Shown one piece after another: positions 30,109 to 40,890 of a DNA stretch of 64,000 nucleotides; within the stretch, counting starts at the first letter, position 1; every line of letters begins with the position of its first letter. A program made the translations under genes and the position numbers. Below the pieces are notes generated by a model that searched no databases, was not told where the DNA came from, and was given only the letters and a program-made list of their open reading frames with translations. Source of the DNA: Candidatus Cloacimonadales bacterium (lineage in GTDB: Bacteria; Cloacimonadota; Cloacimonadia; Cloacimonadales; JAIOQZ01); the NCBI GenBank assembly GCA_963665815.1, contig OY762463.1, forward strand, positions 1,472,001-1,536,000. The letters run 5' to 3'.

Positions 30109-30128
30109 GTATATTTTTGGACTTCTTA

Positions 30129-33100
30129 CTATTTAAGAAGTATCATCTTTCTTGTAAGTTGTTTGTTTTCTGTTTTAAGTTTGTAGAAGTAAACACCAGA
30201 GCCAACTTTTTTGTCACGGCTATCAACACCTTCCCAGATTATTGTATGAGGTCCACTGGTAAGACGATCTTTTACAAGATCTTTAACTTTCTGACCCTTG
30301 ATGTTATAAACAGCAAGCTCAACATTCTGGTCTCTGGCAATTGAGAACTCAATCTTTGTTTCAGGATTGAATGGATTTGGATAATTCTGATTCAGATAAG
30401 TTGTCGGCGCAAAATCAGGCACTTCATTTCCAACAAACTCTCTTGTTACAATTATTTTACCTGTTGAGTTCACATTAATCGGCTGAATCACAGGATTGCT
30501 TCTCGCAAGATTATAAAGTTCATCTCTATATTCAAGATAAATATAAACATCATCCGGGAAGTTCTCTGTATCAAGAGAAAATTCAATATCATTCAAATCA
30601 TCAATATCAAGATTGAATGTCCATTCTATTCTTGCATCTTCCTCATCTGAAAGAAGTCCTCTGATATCCTGATTCAGCACATTGTAATCAGCGAAAGATT
30701 CATCTTTATGTATATACATGGAGATATTTCTTGAGAATGGTTTTACAGGTGGTTCAATCAGATCGAAATGTTCTTCAAAGTCATCTGAACAATATTCTGA
30801 TGTACCTATAATAATTCCATCTTTGTCCATATTATTTTGTGTCACACTGATTTTTGCTGTATAATCAATCTCATTGGTAAACATTTGATCCGGATTATCT
30901 ATAAACGGAACAAAAACAACCTCAACATTATTTTTGAGACTGTAAATCCAGAATCCTGATCCTTCATTAATTACATCAGCCATTAAATACTCATTATCGT
31001 ATGTGTAGCATACATTCATGATGAGCTTATACTGAACAGCTTCTGTATACCTGTAAATAGTACCATTATAATTGAATCTCAGATCATCCATCGTATAATC
31101 GCTGATATGTGGATTAGGCACAAGATTCCAACCGTAATCAAGATCGTGATATACAGGATTCAATTCAAATGTAGCATCCTGAATAGTAACATTACCATTA
31201 CTGATATCAGCCCAGTAAGCCATACCTGAATCAAATGATGCCTGAGTCTGGTATGCACTGTCTACATAACTGTGCAGAGTAAGATTACTGCCAAATACAG
31301 TATTTATATCATTTATATCTGTAACCGGATTAGACAAAATCTTTCTTCCCGGAAGATAACTGAATTGATATTGCTGCGGTACAGTTCCAACCTGCCAGCC
31401 ACTTAAATACTCAACATATTCACCATTTGTAAGAGTTGCACCTATTACAAGATTAGCTTCTTCCATGAATAAATTTTCGGGGACTGTCCAGTTTACTGAT
31501 GAAACATAGTAAATCTGATCTTGAGCTAACATGATTTCATCTGTTTCTGATCTTAAGAATACATCAAAATGATCAATCAGGAATGAGTAATCAATACTCC
31601 ATGAGAATGTCAGTTCATCACCTTCTTCAAAATAACGGTGATTTGTGTAAGCAAAATCAACTTCCGGCAATGCATTTCCAAGATAGACTACAAATGTTCT
31701 ATAATCATTATCCGCTGCCTGGAATGCATAATTATCTACAGCAAGATCAGTCTGAATTCCTGATGAATTATCAATAACCCAGAGTTTCCTTCCGTCTCTG
31801 AAACCAACATTTGGGCAGCTCACTGTAAGATCTTCATTATTAATAGATGTTTTTACCCTCATAACCCATGTTTTAAGGGATGTATCAATATCATAGTAAC
31901 TTTTGATATGTCTCGAAAGCTCTTTGTTAGATTGCCAGTATCTTTCATAGAACTGAGCTTTAATATATGTGCCTGTTGCTATCTGATTATCCGTAGCATC
32001 AATCCCATTGTTGAAATAGTCTGATGCAGCATAGTTGTATCCAAATTCTACTGAATCAACTACTGATCCGTCTCCGTTTGATATCATAATCTTGTAGATA
32101 ACTTCAGGTGTAACGGTTCTTACAAAATTGCTTACATATTCATTGTTATCATTTCCCATCGTTGCAATTTTATAATAGTAAGTTGTACCATTCTGGACTG
32201 AGTAATCATTATAATAGTAATTAACATAGTTTGAAATTGATGGACCAAGTTCAGGATTTGAATTCCAATCTGCTATAGTCTGATATGGACCTTCAACATC
32301 TGTTGCTCTTTTCACCATGAATCCCTGATTATCTCTTTGAGAAGCTACTGTCCAGAACAATTCAACCAGACCATCTCTCGGAGTTGCACTGAATATATTG
32401 TTGTAGAATAATCCAGGTGTTGCAATTACTTCATCTGAAAGCTCTGAAACGTTATCATTGAGATCAACAGCTCTCACTCTGAAATAGTAAGGACCATCAC
32501 CTAAACCATTGATTGTATACATTGTTGTAGCCTGAGATCCCAGAGCAGGACTGAGACTTTTATCATATGTAAAATAGTTATCTGTTCCAATTGGTTCATC
32601 GGCAACAAGGACTTCATAAGTACTGAAATCAAAGTCAGACGCCTGAGTCCATTGCAGAGTGACAAAACCCTGAGATTCATCGTAAACTTCCAGGTCTGAT
32701 GGGGCAACCGGTGGTTGACCATTATCCATCGCTGTCATCTCAGTAATAACTTCACCCATTGCAGTAATAAAAGGTTGGTAAAAAGCTATACAATTATCCC
32801 AAACCTTATCCATATCATACTTACCTGTGTCCGGATTCCAACCCCAGAACCATTTCTTGTTAAGAGTGTCCTGAGGATAGCAATTCGGAAGTTCATCAAA
32901 TTCTACATGGAAAAATGGTTCCCATACATCATAATCATTCATTCCGGCATTTGTATATTCCATTTGCTTATTATATGTATAACCTGGAAGATCCATGTGA
33001 CCATTTACCGGAAGGAGAGTATCTCCGTACTGATATGTAAAGTCATATGTGCCCCAGTTAAATGCGTAATAATCGAAGTAAGTCACATCATCATGAATAC

Positions 33101-34040
33101 CTACAGTATTAGCTGGAACTGCAATGTAAGGTGTTCTATTTACAACATCTATCTTCTCAAAAGATAAATCTCTTATTGGTAAGTTAGGATTACTTTTTCC
33201 ATTTCCTGCAGAAATCTGACATGGAGCATATCCAATATGAGACTCTGTATCATAAGTGTGAATCTGAACGGATAGCTCTTTTCTGCCAAAATCATCTCTT
33301 ATATCATCACAGAAAGCCTGATAAGCAACATTAAACGGGTGATCAGCCACACGGCTTGGGTCACACAAGGTTTTTGAGTTTGAATAATCACCCTGATGTG
33401 TCCATAATACTTCACGTCCAGTTCCGCTTACACACCAGTATGCAGCATCCCACTCAATGAAAGCTTTATATGACATAACAGTTGTTGGATAGTCATCATT
33501 TATGTGTGGAGTTGTGATTATCACAGGATTTGCAGCATTAGGACTGTAAATATACAATCCCCAACCATATGTAAATGCTCCTGATTCATCATCAGTTGAA
33601 TCAGCAGGAGTTCCGTTATCATCATAAAATGTTGTATCTGGTATTTCTCTGAGCATAAAAAATTGTCTACCTGAATCGGTATCGTTAAATTCAACAACTT
33701 CGTAAGGAAAACCATATTCAGCAATTGCTGAATCAGCTCTTGTAAGCTCTCCGTTTACACAGAAATCCACAATTGTCTGCCAGTTACCGGACTCTGTTCC
33801 ATCAAATGTATTATAAGATCCGAAACCATCAGTTTGTCTGTCAAAAGCAGCATAAACATTATATCCGGGATCAGCAATACCTTCTGCTACGTGACTGAGC
33901 CAATTATCATAGGCACAGTCATCAGTCTGTCCGAACAGGAAGTCATAAAGACTTGCATTCTCAACAGTAACTGCTGAAAGCATCAGTACTGACATCAAGG
34001 AAATCAGCAAAAATATATATTTCTTCATTGTACACTCCAT
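30129..34040 (-). CDS. Secreted protein with an uncharacterised N-terminal domain, FN3 domains and FlgD-Ig/T9SS-type CTD
   Basis: Signal peptide; FN3 'YYFRVRAVD...S.LS'; 'NYPNPFNP...GVYFYKL'. Confidence 0.85.
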   Translation of the reverse strand: MECTMKKYIFLLISLMSVLMLSAVTVENASLYDFLFGQTDDCAYDNWLSHVAEGIADPGYNVYAAFDRQTDGFGSYNTFDGTESGNWQTIVDFCVNGELTRADSAIAEYGFPYEVVEFNDTDSGRQFFMLREIPDTTFYDDNGTPADSTDDESGAFTYGWGLYIYSPNAANPVIITTPHINDDYPTTVMSYKAFIEWDAAYWCVSGTGREVLWTHQGDYSNSKTLCDPSRVADHPFNVAYQAFCDDIRDDFGRKELSVQIHTYDTESHIGYAPCQISAGNGKSNPNLPIRDLSFEKIDVVNRTPYIAVPANTVGIHDDVTYFDYYAFNWGTYDFTYQYGDTLLPVNGHMDLPGYTYNKQMEYTNAGMNDYDVWEPFFHVEFDELPNCYPQDTLNKKWFWGWNPDTGKYDMDKVWDNCIAFYQPFITAMGEVITEMTAMDNGQPPVAPSDLEVYDESQGFVTLQWTQASDFDFSTYEVLVADEPIGTDNYFTYDKSLSPALGSQATTMYTINGLGDGPYYFRVRAVDLNDNVSELSDEVIATPGLFYNNIFSATPRDGLVELFWTVASQRDNQGFMVKRATDVEGPYQTIADWNSNPELGPSISNYVNYYYNDYSVQNGTTYYYKIATMGNDNNEYVSNFVRTVTPEVIYKIMISNGDGSVVDSVEFGYNYAASDYFNNGIDATDNQIATGTYIKAQFYERYWQSNKELSRHIKSYYDIDTSLKTWVMRVKTSINNEDLTVSCPNVGFRDGRKLWVIDNSSGIQTDLAVDNYAFQAADNDYRTFVVYLGNALPEVDFAYTNHRYFEEGDELTFSWSIDYSFLIDHFDVFLRSETDEIMLAQDQIYYVSSVNWTVPENLFMEEANLVIGATLTNGEYVEYLSGWQVGTVPQQYQFSYLPGRKILSNPVTDINDINTVFGSNLTLHSYVDSAYQTQASFDSGMAYWADISNGNVTIQDATFELNPVYHDLDYGWNLVPNPHISDYTMDDLRFNYNGTIYRYTEAVQYKLIMNVCYTYDNEYLMADVINEGSGFWIYSLKNNVEVVFVPFIDNPDQMFTNEIDYTAKISVTQNNMDKDGIIIGTSEYCSDDFEEHFDLIEPPVKPFSRNISMYIHKDESFADYNVLNQDIRGLLSDEEDARIEWTFNLDIDDLNDIEFSLDTENFPDDVYIYLEYRDELYNLARSNPVIQPINVNSTGKIIVTREFVGNEVPDFAPTTYLNQNYPNPFNPETKIEFSIARDQNVELAVYNIKGQKVKDLVKDRLTSGPHTIIWEGVDSRDKKVGSGVYFYKLKTENKQLTRKMILLK

Positions 34041-35966
34041 TTATTTCATTAACAGCATTTTTCCGGATGCTGTTCTACCATTAGATCTAAGTCTGTAGAA
34101 ATACACACCTGTAGAGACATCAATACCTGATGAGTCTTTACCATTCCATGTGATCGTGTGTTTCCCTTCGTTTAAATACTTATCAACCAGTTTTATTACT
34201 TTCTGTCCTTTGACATTATAAACTGTTAATTCTGCATTTGAAGATTCAGACAGTGAAAATGAGATGTTTGTTTCAGGATTAAAAGGATTAGGGTAGTTTC
34301 CAATAATCTCTGTAGCATATCTAACATCTTCCACATCGTCATTTGCAACAAGCCCAAGATTTACATCTACAGATACAAGTTGACCAAGTGTAACCTGAAT
34401 ACCTTGTTCTGTATATTCTTCATAACCCTCTGCCCAGTAAGTTACATCATGTGTTCCTTCAGGGATATTGCGCAGAATGTAATACCCAGCTTCATTTGTT
34501 AAAGCAAGTCGTTCTGAATTAGCTCCAACCACGTTTACTGTAGCACCTTCAATTGGATTATCATTTTCGTCATAAACAAAACCATCAATATCACCACCTG
34601 TAAAATCAGTAGAAAAAATAGCGAAATCGGCATACATATCCATAAGAATTCCACCGTTAATTCCTTGATTAAGATCAATTTCTGTAGCACTGTAAAGAAC
34701 TCTTGATCTGTCTTCATATTGTGGCATAGTATTGCAATAGAACTTGTTATTCTGACTGTATGCTTCAGTTGTATAAGATCTGATAACAGTTACAACAAGA
34801 TTCCCCAGTCTCTGTGAATAAGGTGTATTAAGAGCGATATTAACCAGATGGTTACCACTCATAAAGCTAACGGGTCCTTCATATACAAGCTGCTGATCAT
34901 AAAGCTGAACCCACCCTTCTGTAAGGTCATCTTCTTCAGTTTCACCCATGTAAATCTTTACCGGAACATTCTCAACATCATAAACAAAGTTGTTATAAAA
35001 ACATAACTCAAAGATGTTACCTGAGAAACCAATAATCTGATTGGAATTTATTATTGTCTGATAAACACTCATGTTATTGGTCAAATCGAAAGGAATCTGA
35101 TTGTATTGTATTGATGCATTGTTATCAACAAACATATCTGTTTCGTCTGTATTAACAAACTTAACATCAATAAGATCAGTTGCATTATTAGATTCATTTT
35201 CATCATTCTGATATGTAATTTTTCCGAAAATATTTGTATTTTCTGATACTATCTGGTCCGGTGTATTCCAGGTAAGAAGATTAATTACATCTGCACCAGC
35301 CACAAGTGGTGAAGGAACGTCAAATGAATGAAGAAGAGTATCATCTTCTTTATACAATCCTATTGTATAACCTGTAACATCATTAGTCCCAACATTCTCT
35401 ACATGAAAATTGAACTGGTATGTTTCTGATGGTTCGAAAATTCTTGCCGGGAAATCAACAGCTGCTAACTGAAGATCGTTAGCTGATTGTACATTCATTT
35501 CAGGGAAGGTGATATTATCAATATATCCTGCATCGTCTCCCCCATCAGCATTTCTGTCTTTCTCATATTTCCATGAAATTGTGTGCTGTCCGGGAGGTAT
35601 TGGTACTTCAAACAATGACCAGTTAGTATCTCCGCTAATTTGAGCAATCTGCCCACCATCAATTGAGAATATCAGATAATCATAATCAGCCTCGCTGCTT
35701 ACTCTCCAGTAAAATGATAATGTATCAAGCCTGGAAACATCAATTGTGATGAATAATTCTGAGTTCTCGTAATGTGTAACGTCTCCTGATTTTGCACAAT
35801 ATGTGCCTTCCTGTGGATTAGATGTAACAATCGTCCAGTCTGCATTTCCTCCATTTTGCCAGTTGTTGGCTGAAAAGTCTCCGGATTCGAAACCTTCCTG
35901 AGCAAAAACCGGAATACAGAAAAGAACGAAAGTCATGAATAAAAAAAGTTGCTTTTTCATTTTCAT
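34041..35966 (-). CDS. Secreted protein with CARDB and carboxypeptidase-regulatory domains and CTD
   Basis: Signal peptide; 'WRVSSEADYDYL...WKYEKD'; 'NYPNPFNP' tail. Confidence 0.85.
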   Translation of the reverse strand: MKMKKQLFLFMTFVLFCIPVFAQEGFESGDFSANNWQNGGNADWTIVTSNPQEGTYCAKSGDVTHYENSELFITIDVSRLDTLSFYWRVSSEADYDYLIFSIDGGQIAQISGDTNWSLFEVPIPPGQHTISWKYEKDRNADGGDDAGYIDNITFPEMNVQSANDLQLAAVDFPARIFEPSETYQFNFHVENVGTNDVTGYTIGLYKEDDTLLHSFDVPSPLVAGADVINLLTWNTPDQIVSENTNIFGKITYQNDENESNNATDLIDVKFVNTDETDMFVDNNASIQYNQIPFDLTNNMSVYQTIINSNQIIGFSGNIFELCFYNNFVYDVENVPVKIYMGETEEDDLTEGWVQLYDQQLVYEGPVSFMSGNHLVNIALNTPYSQRLGNLVVTVIRSYTTEAYSQNNKFYCNTMPQYEDRSRVLYSATEIDLNQGINGGILMDMYADFAIFSTDFTGGDIDGFVYDENDNPIEGATVNVVGANSERLALTNEAGYYILRNIPEGTHDVTYWAEGYEEYTEQGIQVTLGQLVSVDVNLGLVANDDVEDVRYATEIIGNYPNPFNPETNISFSLSESSNAELTVYNVKGQKVIKLVDKYLNEGKHTITWNGKDSSGIDVSTGVYFYRLRSNGRTASGKMLLMK

Positions 35967-36205
35967 AATCGCTCCTGTTATATATGTTTAATTTTGTTAG
36001 AACTTCCTTAATAATTGTCTTTTATACTGCTTTTGTAAAATTTATCGTCAAGTTATTTGTAAACATTCTAAGTATATCTCAATAATCATTTAAAAAAATA
36101 AATAAATGAAAATATTCTCATTCACGATTTACAATGCATTTATCTCATTGATCTACTTTATATTGGCAAACTTTTACAGTGTTTACTGTCTGAGTTTTCA
36201 ACAAC

Positions 36206-37291
36206 TTATTTTAAGAGTATAAGTTTTTCTGTTTTTAACTCTTTTCCGCAATTTACTCTGAACAAGTAGACTCCTGAAGATACTCCAGCACCTGAGTTAT
36301 CAAGTCCATTCCATGTAATTGTATGATTACCTGAGGATAATATTTTTGAAATCATATTCTTAACAAGCTGACCCTTAGCATTGTAGATTGATGCATTAAC
36401 AAAACTTTCCCTTCTAAGGTTAAACTCTATAGTTGTTTTCGGATTAAACGGATTAGGATAAACTTTGATTTTCTCTATTCTTGCTTCAACTGATTCTTTG
36501 ATAGGAGAATTGTCGGTGACAACAACATGCCATACAGTTTCTCTACTATAATCAGTATTATCTATGCTGTTTGTCAGAACACACTTAACAACATGATTAC
36601 CAATAGAGCTGAATACAGGGAATACCATATCTGCTACCAGCTCAGATTGTTCAATTTCATCAATGAACCAACTGTATGTATATGGCTGCTCAGTAAATAC
36701 TGCAAACATGGTTTCAGATGTGATTTCGCATTCAACAGAATCTGCTTCCGGAAATTTGCTGTAGATTTGAGGAGTTAAAACACGAATACTGTCAATATTA
36801 ACCGGAGTAATCGGTCTGTCATTAACATCTGTTGGGGTCGCCCCAATTGCATATACAACATCCATACCTTCAATAATCTCTCCGAATACTGCATGGTGAT
36901 TATCAAGTTGTGATTGAGCAGTCAATGTGATAAAGTACTGTGACCCACCCGTATTAGCCCCTGCATTTGCCATTGACAGAACTCCGGGACCATCATGAAG
37001 TAATTCAGGATGAAATTCGTCAGGAATTGTATACCCAGGTCCACCTGTTCCCGTACCATTGGGACACCCGTCCTGAATCATAAAACCATCAATTACTCTG
37101 TGGAAAATCAAGCCATCATAAAAGTTATCCATAGATAATCCAATAAAATTTCCTGCTGTTATCGGAACGAGATCTTCACGTAATTCAGCTTTGAAATTGC
37201 CCATTGAAGTATACCACTGCACAATAGTTTGAGAATACAAAGCTGATATTGTAAATACAACAAACATAGTAAATATAAGTTTCCTTATCAT
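36206..37291 (-). CDS. Cyclophilin-type peptidyl-prolyl isomerase fused to a FlgD-Ig/T9SS-type CTD
   Basis: 'FHRVIDGFMIQDG', 'LSMANAG.NTGGSQYFI', 'HAVFG'; C-terminal 'YPNPFNP'. Confidence 0.9.
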   Translation of the reverse strand: MIRKLIFTMFVVFTISALYSQTIVQWYTSMGNFKAELREDLVPITAGNFIGLSMDNFYDGLIFHRVIDGFMIQDGCPNGTGTGGPGYTIPDEFHPELLHDGPGVLSMANAGANTGGSQYFITLTAQSQLDNHHAVFGEIIEGMDVVYAIGATPTDVNDRPITPVNIDSIRVLTPQIYSKFPEADSVECEITSETMFAVFTEQPYTYSWFIDEIEQSELVADMVFPVFSSIGNHVVKCVLTNSIDNTDYSRETVWHVVVTDNSPIKESVEARIEKIKVYPNPFNPKTTIEFNLRRESFVNASIYNAKGQLVKNMISKILSSGNHTITWNGLDNSGAGVSSGVYLFRVNCGKELKTEKLILLK

Positions 37292-37581
37292 CCTTCTCTC
37301 CTGCTTCTTTTTCTAAAAAAATATAATATGTATTATTAGTGTCAAGACTTTACTGATTATTCAAGTATGCACAAATATTTAAAGTATTGACTCCATAAAA
37401 ACTATTAGTAATCTTAGTTGATTTTTGAGAGTGTTAATATTCTGGCATATTAATCTTATGTGTTAATCCATACTTTCAGATCATTCATAAAAAAACATCA
37501 CAAAGTACTAAATATAAATTTGGCAAAATTATAGTAATCCTTAATTTATCTGGGAATATATATGTTAAAAGGAGTATAGAA

Positions 37582-37800
37582 ATGGCAGATTGTCAATGTT
37601 TACCAAAATGTCCATTCTTTAATGATAGAATGAAAAATATGCCTTCAATGGCGAATGTTTACAAGAAAAATTATTGTCGGGGCAACAATTCCGAATGTGC
37701 AAGGTTCATGATTTTTAAAGCATTTGGCAGTGATAAAGTACCTATTACACTATTCCCGAACATGGTTGATGAAGCAAAGAGAATTATAGCTAAAGGTTAA
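37582..37800 (+). CDS. Small Cys-rich hypothetical protein
   Basis: AAGGAG RBS; 'C..LPKCPFF...YC.G...CAR...LFPN'. Confidence 0.7.
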   Translation: MADCQCLPKCPFFNDRMKNMPSMANVYKKNYCRGNNSECARFMIFKAFGSDKVPITLFPNMVDEAKRIIAKG

Positions 37801-37833
37801 CAGGAAATCTTTTCGAAACTAAGAGTGTTAGAT

Positions 37834-38763
37834 TCATTTCAGGCTATATTTATAGAGTTTAGCTTCGTGTGTTGCAACAAACAGTTCAGTACCGTCGACA
37901 GCAGATGTAAGTATAGCCTCATTTTCGGGCATAACCAGTGTGTAATTCTTAATAATTTTCCCTACTCTATCACAAAGTAATGCAAAATTAGTAGTCTTCG
38001 ATCTTTCCATATTATGATAGAAGCCCAATATCAGTAAGTTTCCATTGTATGAATGTATTGTTCGAAATTGAATTGTTTCCTGATTAAAACTATCAGGGAA
38101 ATCAATTAAGATTCGCAAAGCTGTTTCACCGTTTAGCCTCTGCAATCCAACAGGCTTTGCATAAACAATATAGTATTCTTTTCCAAGTTTTGTAGCATTT
38201 ACAAGCGGAACAGCTCTTCTATCCTTTTTAGTATTCATTTGTGAAAGAACATCTTTAAACATCTCTATCCTGTTCTTTCCTGCCGTTACATCAAATATCT
38301 GTACTTCAGGAAATCTTAGATCTCCTAAGGCATATATAACATTATTATTCTTTAAAATACAACTGTAAATCTGTTCAATAGATGTTTCCCGGTATTCCTT
38401 TGTAACCTTGTTAAACTTCACGAGTTTTCTGTTTATTTTATCCAAGACAATCAGGGAATCCTCTTTCTGCTCAATATGGGTTGGAAACATCAGTTCTCCG
38501 GGACCTTTCCCCTCCCTTCCGAGAGATTCAGTATATTCTAGAGTTGTTCTTTTAAAGACCATTATATTTCGTTCCGTATCATCAATACAATATATATTAT
38601 TATTATCCATGCATATTCCACTGATACCTCCAAGTTGATAATCTTCATCCATCTCCTGATTGAGAGAATCTACCGGATTCAAAAAAACTGCTTTGGGGAC
38701 GTTACTGCATCCTGAAAATATCATCAGAGATAAAAACAATAACAGATATGGCAATCTCATCAA
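37834..38763 (-). CDS. Lipoprotein, 6-bladed beta-propeller/NHL-like
   Basis: Lipobox 'FSGC'; 'GREGKGPGEL.FP' motif. Confidence 0.75.
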   Translation of the reverse strand: MMRLPYLLLFLSLMIFSGCSNVPKAVFLNPVDSLNQEMDEDYQLGGISGICMDNNNIYCIDDTERNIMVFKRTTLEYTESLGREGKGPGELMFPTHIEQKEDSLIVLDKINRKLVKFNKVTKEYRETSIEQIYSCILKNNNVIYALGDLRFPEVQIFDVTAGKNRIEMFKDVLSQMNTKKDRRAVPLVNATKLGKEYYIVYAKPVGLQRLNGETALRILIDFPDSFNQETIQFRTIHSYNGNLLILGFYHNMERSKTTNFALLCDRVGKIIKNYTLVMPENEAILTSAVDGTELFVATHEAKLYKYSLK

Positions 38764-38979
38764 GCCTCCATCTTTATCTGCAAGAGTATTACTTGCTCAT
38801 TAAAAAAAATAACCAAAAACAAATTATGAGACCTTTGTATAATTGGGACGTTGATTTTATTTTGCTTTTAGCAAAGTTCTCATCATAATTCATGGTTTAC
38901 AAATCTTTTATTTCTTGTCCAGACGAAAAAATCCTCAGTATTTGATTTGACACAGATAAGGATTGATATTTCGTTTCCC

Positions 38980-39032
38980 TCAAGGTGATGGAGTTCACCT
39001 TTAACCGCCTTTGTGCTGATGACTCCTGCAAT
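38980..39032 (+). ncRNA. Fluoride riboswitch (crcB motif)
   Basis: aggtGATGGAGTTCacct-ttaaccgc...GCTGATGACTCCTgc matches the crcB consensus, including the GGAGT/ACTCC pseudoknot. Confidence 0.92.
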
Positions 39033-39059
39033 AAAAAAATCTATGTACAGGAGATTTAT

Positions 39060-40250
39060 ATGATTACTTTCGGAATGATAACCACTATTATCCTGCTTGG
39101 CGGATGGATATTCTCAAAACTGTTTTCAAAAATGCAATTACCCTCTGTTCTCGGTATGGTTGTATTCGGAATCCTGCTTAGTATTTTCATTAAACAGTAC
39201 ACAACAGAGGTTCTATGGCAGATTGCCCCATTCGCAAAATCAATGGCACTTATAGTAATTCTTCTCCGTGCAGGTCTGGGCATAAAAAAAGAGACTCTGG
39301 CAAAAACGGGCAAAACATCAATACTGATGGCCTTTCTTCCATGCATTATTGAAGGATCTGCACTTACATTCGCCTTTCATTTATTCTTTGGATTTAGCTG
39401 GGCTGTATCCGGATTAACAGCATTCCTGCTGGCAGCAGTTTCACCAGCCGTAATAGTTCCGTCGATGCTGACATTCATTGAGTCAGGATTAGGCAGGAAA
39501 AGAGAAGTCCCCACAATAATTCTTGCAGGAGCTTCAATAGATGATGTTTTCGCCATAACTATATTTTCAGCTTTTCTGGGAATTGCTGCAGGTAACAATA
39601 TAAATCTTGGTAAATCCTTATTAATGATTCCCTTTTCAATTTTAAGCGGAATTCTGGCTGGTCTTATTCTTGGACTGTTTCTCGTAAACTTCTTCAAATT
39701 CAAATTAAAGATACGTGATACGGAGAAAATTCTGATAATTTTATCTCTTTCCCTTGTCATTGTGGAAATAGGCAGATTAACTCATGTTGCAGCCCTCCTT
39801 GGAGTAATGACAACAGGCTTCATTCTGCTTGAAAAAAAAGAAGACACTGCCCATAATGTAGCAAAAAAACTCAGTAAAATCTGGGTGTTTGCTGAAATAG
39901 TTCTGTTTGTACTGATTGGATTTTCAGTTGATCCTCACGTTGCATTGAAAGCAGGATCAAAGGGAATAGCCGTAATCTTGATCGGCTTGTTGTTTCGATC
40001 AGCAGGAGTATTTCTCGCAACACTTAAGTCCGGACTTAACAGAAATGAAAGAATATTCTGTATAATCGCCTATCTGCCCAAAGCAACAGTTCAGGCTGCT
40101 CTGGGATCAGTAGCTCTCAGTAATGGAATTGCAGAAGGAGAGCAGATTCTGGCAATCGCAGTTCTTTCTATAATCCTGACAGCACCATTGGGATTAATCC
40201 TTATTAATACATTCGGGAAAAAACTTCTTAAGGCTGATTTAAGCCTTTAA
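39060..40250 (+). CDS. Cation:proton antiporter (NHA2/CPA1-like)
   Basis: 'ILLRAGL', 'AVSPAVIVP', 'ASIDDVFAI', 'PKATVQAA'; real start ATG 39060 follows CAGGAG. Confidence 0.88.
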   Translation: MITFGMITTIILLGGWIFSKLFSKMQLPSVLGMVVFGILLSIFIKQYTTEVLWQIAPFAKSMALIVILLRAGLGIKKETLAKTGKTSILMAFLPCIIEGSALTFAFHLFFGFSWAVSGLTAFLLAAVSPAVIVPSMLTFIESGLGRKREVPTIILAGASIDDVFAITIFSAFLGIAAGNNINLGKSLLMIPFSILSGILAGLILGLFLVNFFKFKLKIRDTEKILIILSLSLVIVEIGRLTHVAALLGVMTTGFILLEKKEDTAHNVAKKLSKIWVFAEIVLFVLIGFSVDPHVALKAGSKGIAVILIGLLFRSAGVFLATLKSGLNRNERIFCIIAYLPKATVQAALGSVALSNGIAEGEQILAIAVLSIILTAPLGLILINTFGKKLLKADLSL

Positions 40251-40384
40251 TGCAGCTATCCGATATTCGAAAAAAATTCCTCTTCCACAGGAAAATCATA
40301 CCATTTTTCCCATCCCGGAAAAACTGTCATAATGTTCAACTTTCCTAATCCCTTATAAATTCATCATATAAGCACGAAACACCT

Positions 40385-40403
40385 TTTGGCATAAGCATTG
40401 CAT
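40385..40403 (+). promoter_or_regulatory. Sigma54 (-24/-12) promoter of the flagellar operon
   Basis: TTTGGCATAAGCATTGCA: GG-N10-GC, ~32 nt before fliJ. Confidence 0.78.
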
Positions 40404-40434
40404 AAATTGTTGTAATAAAAAAATAAGGTGAATC

Positions 40435-40890
40435 ATGAAAAAATTTGAGTTTTCGCTGCAAAAAGTGCTGGATGTACGTGAAACTGAAGAAAAGATTCTT
40501 CAAAAAAATCTGCTCCTTATTCAGAATGATATTCTTGAAACAGAAAGAGAGCAAAATAATATAACATCTCGTATTGCTCAGGAAAATACGAAGCACGAAA
40601 AGAATCTTAGAAAAGAAACAAATTCTGCCAAAATCATGCTTCATCACAATTATGTTTCAACCCTTCAGGATAAACTCGAAGATATCAGAGACAGAATTGA
40701 AAAGCTGTTGGAAGATGAATCCAGAGCTAAGCACGAGTTGCTCGAAAAAGTAAGAGAAAAGAAAACCATCGAAAAGCTCAGAGAAATGAAATTCGACGAA
40801 TATAAAACACTGGAAAAGAAAGAAGAACAAGCTTTTCTGGATGAACTTAATACCCAGAAAAAGAAAGATTCAAAATTTGAGAGTCACTAA
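40435..40890 (+). CDS. fliJ: Flagellar export chaperone FliJ
   Basis: 'MKKFEFSLQKVLDVR...EKLRE...EQAFLDE'. Confidence 0.85.
   Translation: MKKFEFSLQKVLDVRETEEKILQKNLLLIQNDILETEREQNNITSRIAQENTKHEKNLRKETNSAKIMLHHNYVSTLQDKLEDIRDRIEKLLEDESRAKHELLEKVREKKTIEKLREMKFDEYKTLEKKEEQAFLDELNTQKKKDSKFESH

Noticed and set aside
38985-39059. Longer N-terminus for the antiporter
   Set aside because: It overlaps the fluoride riboswitch; the RBS supports ATG 39060.
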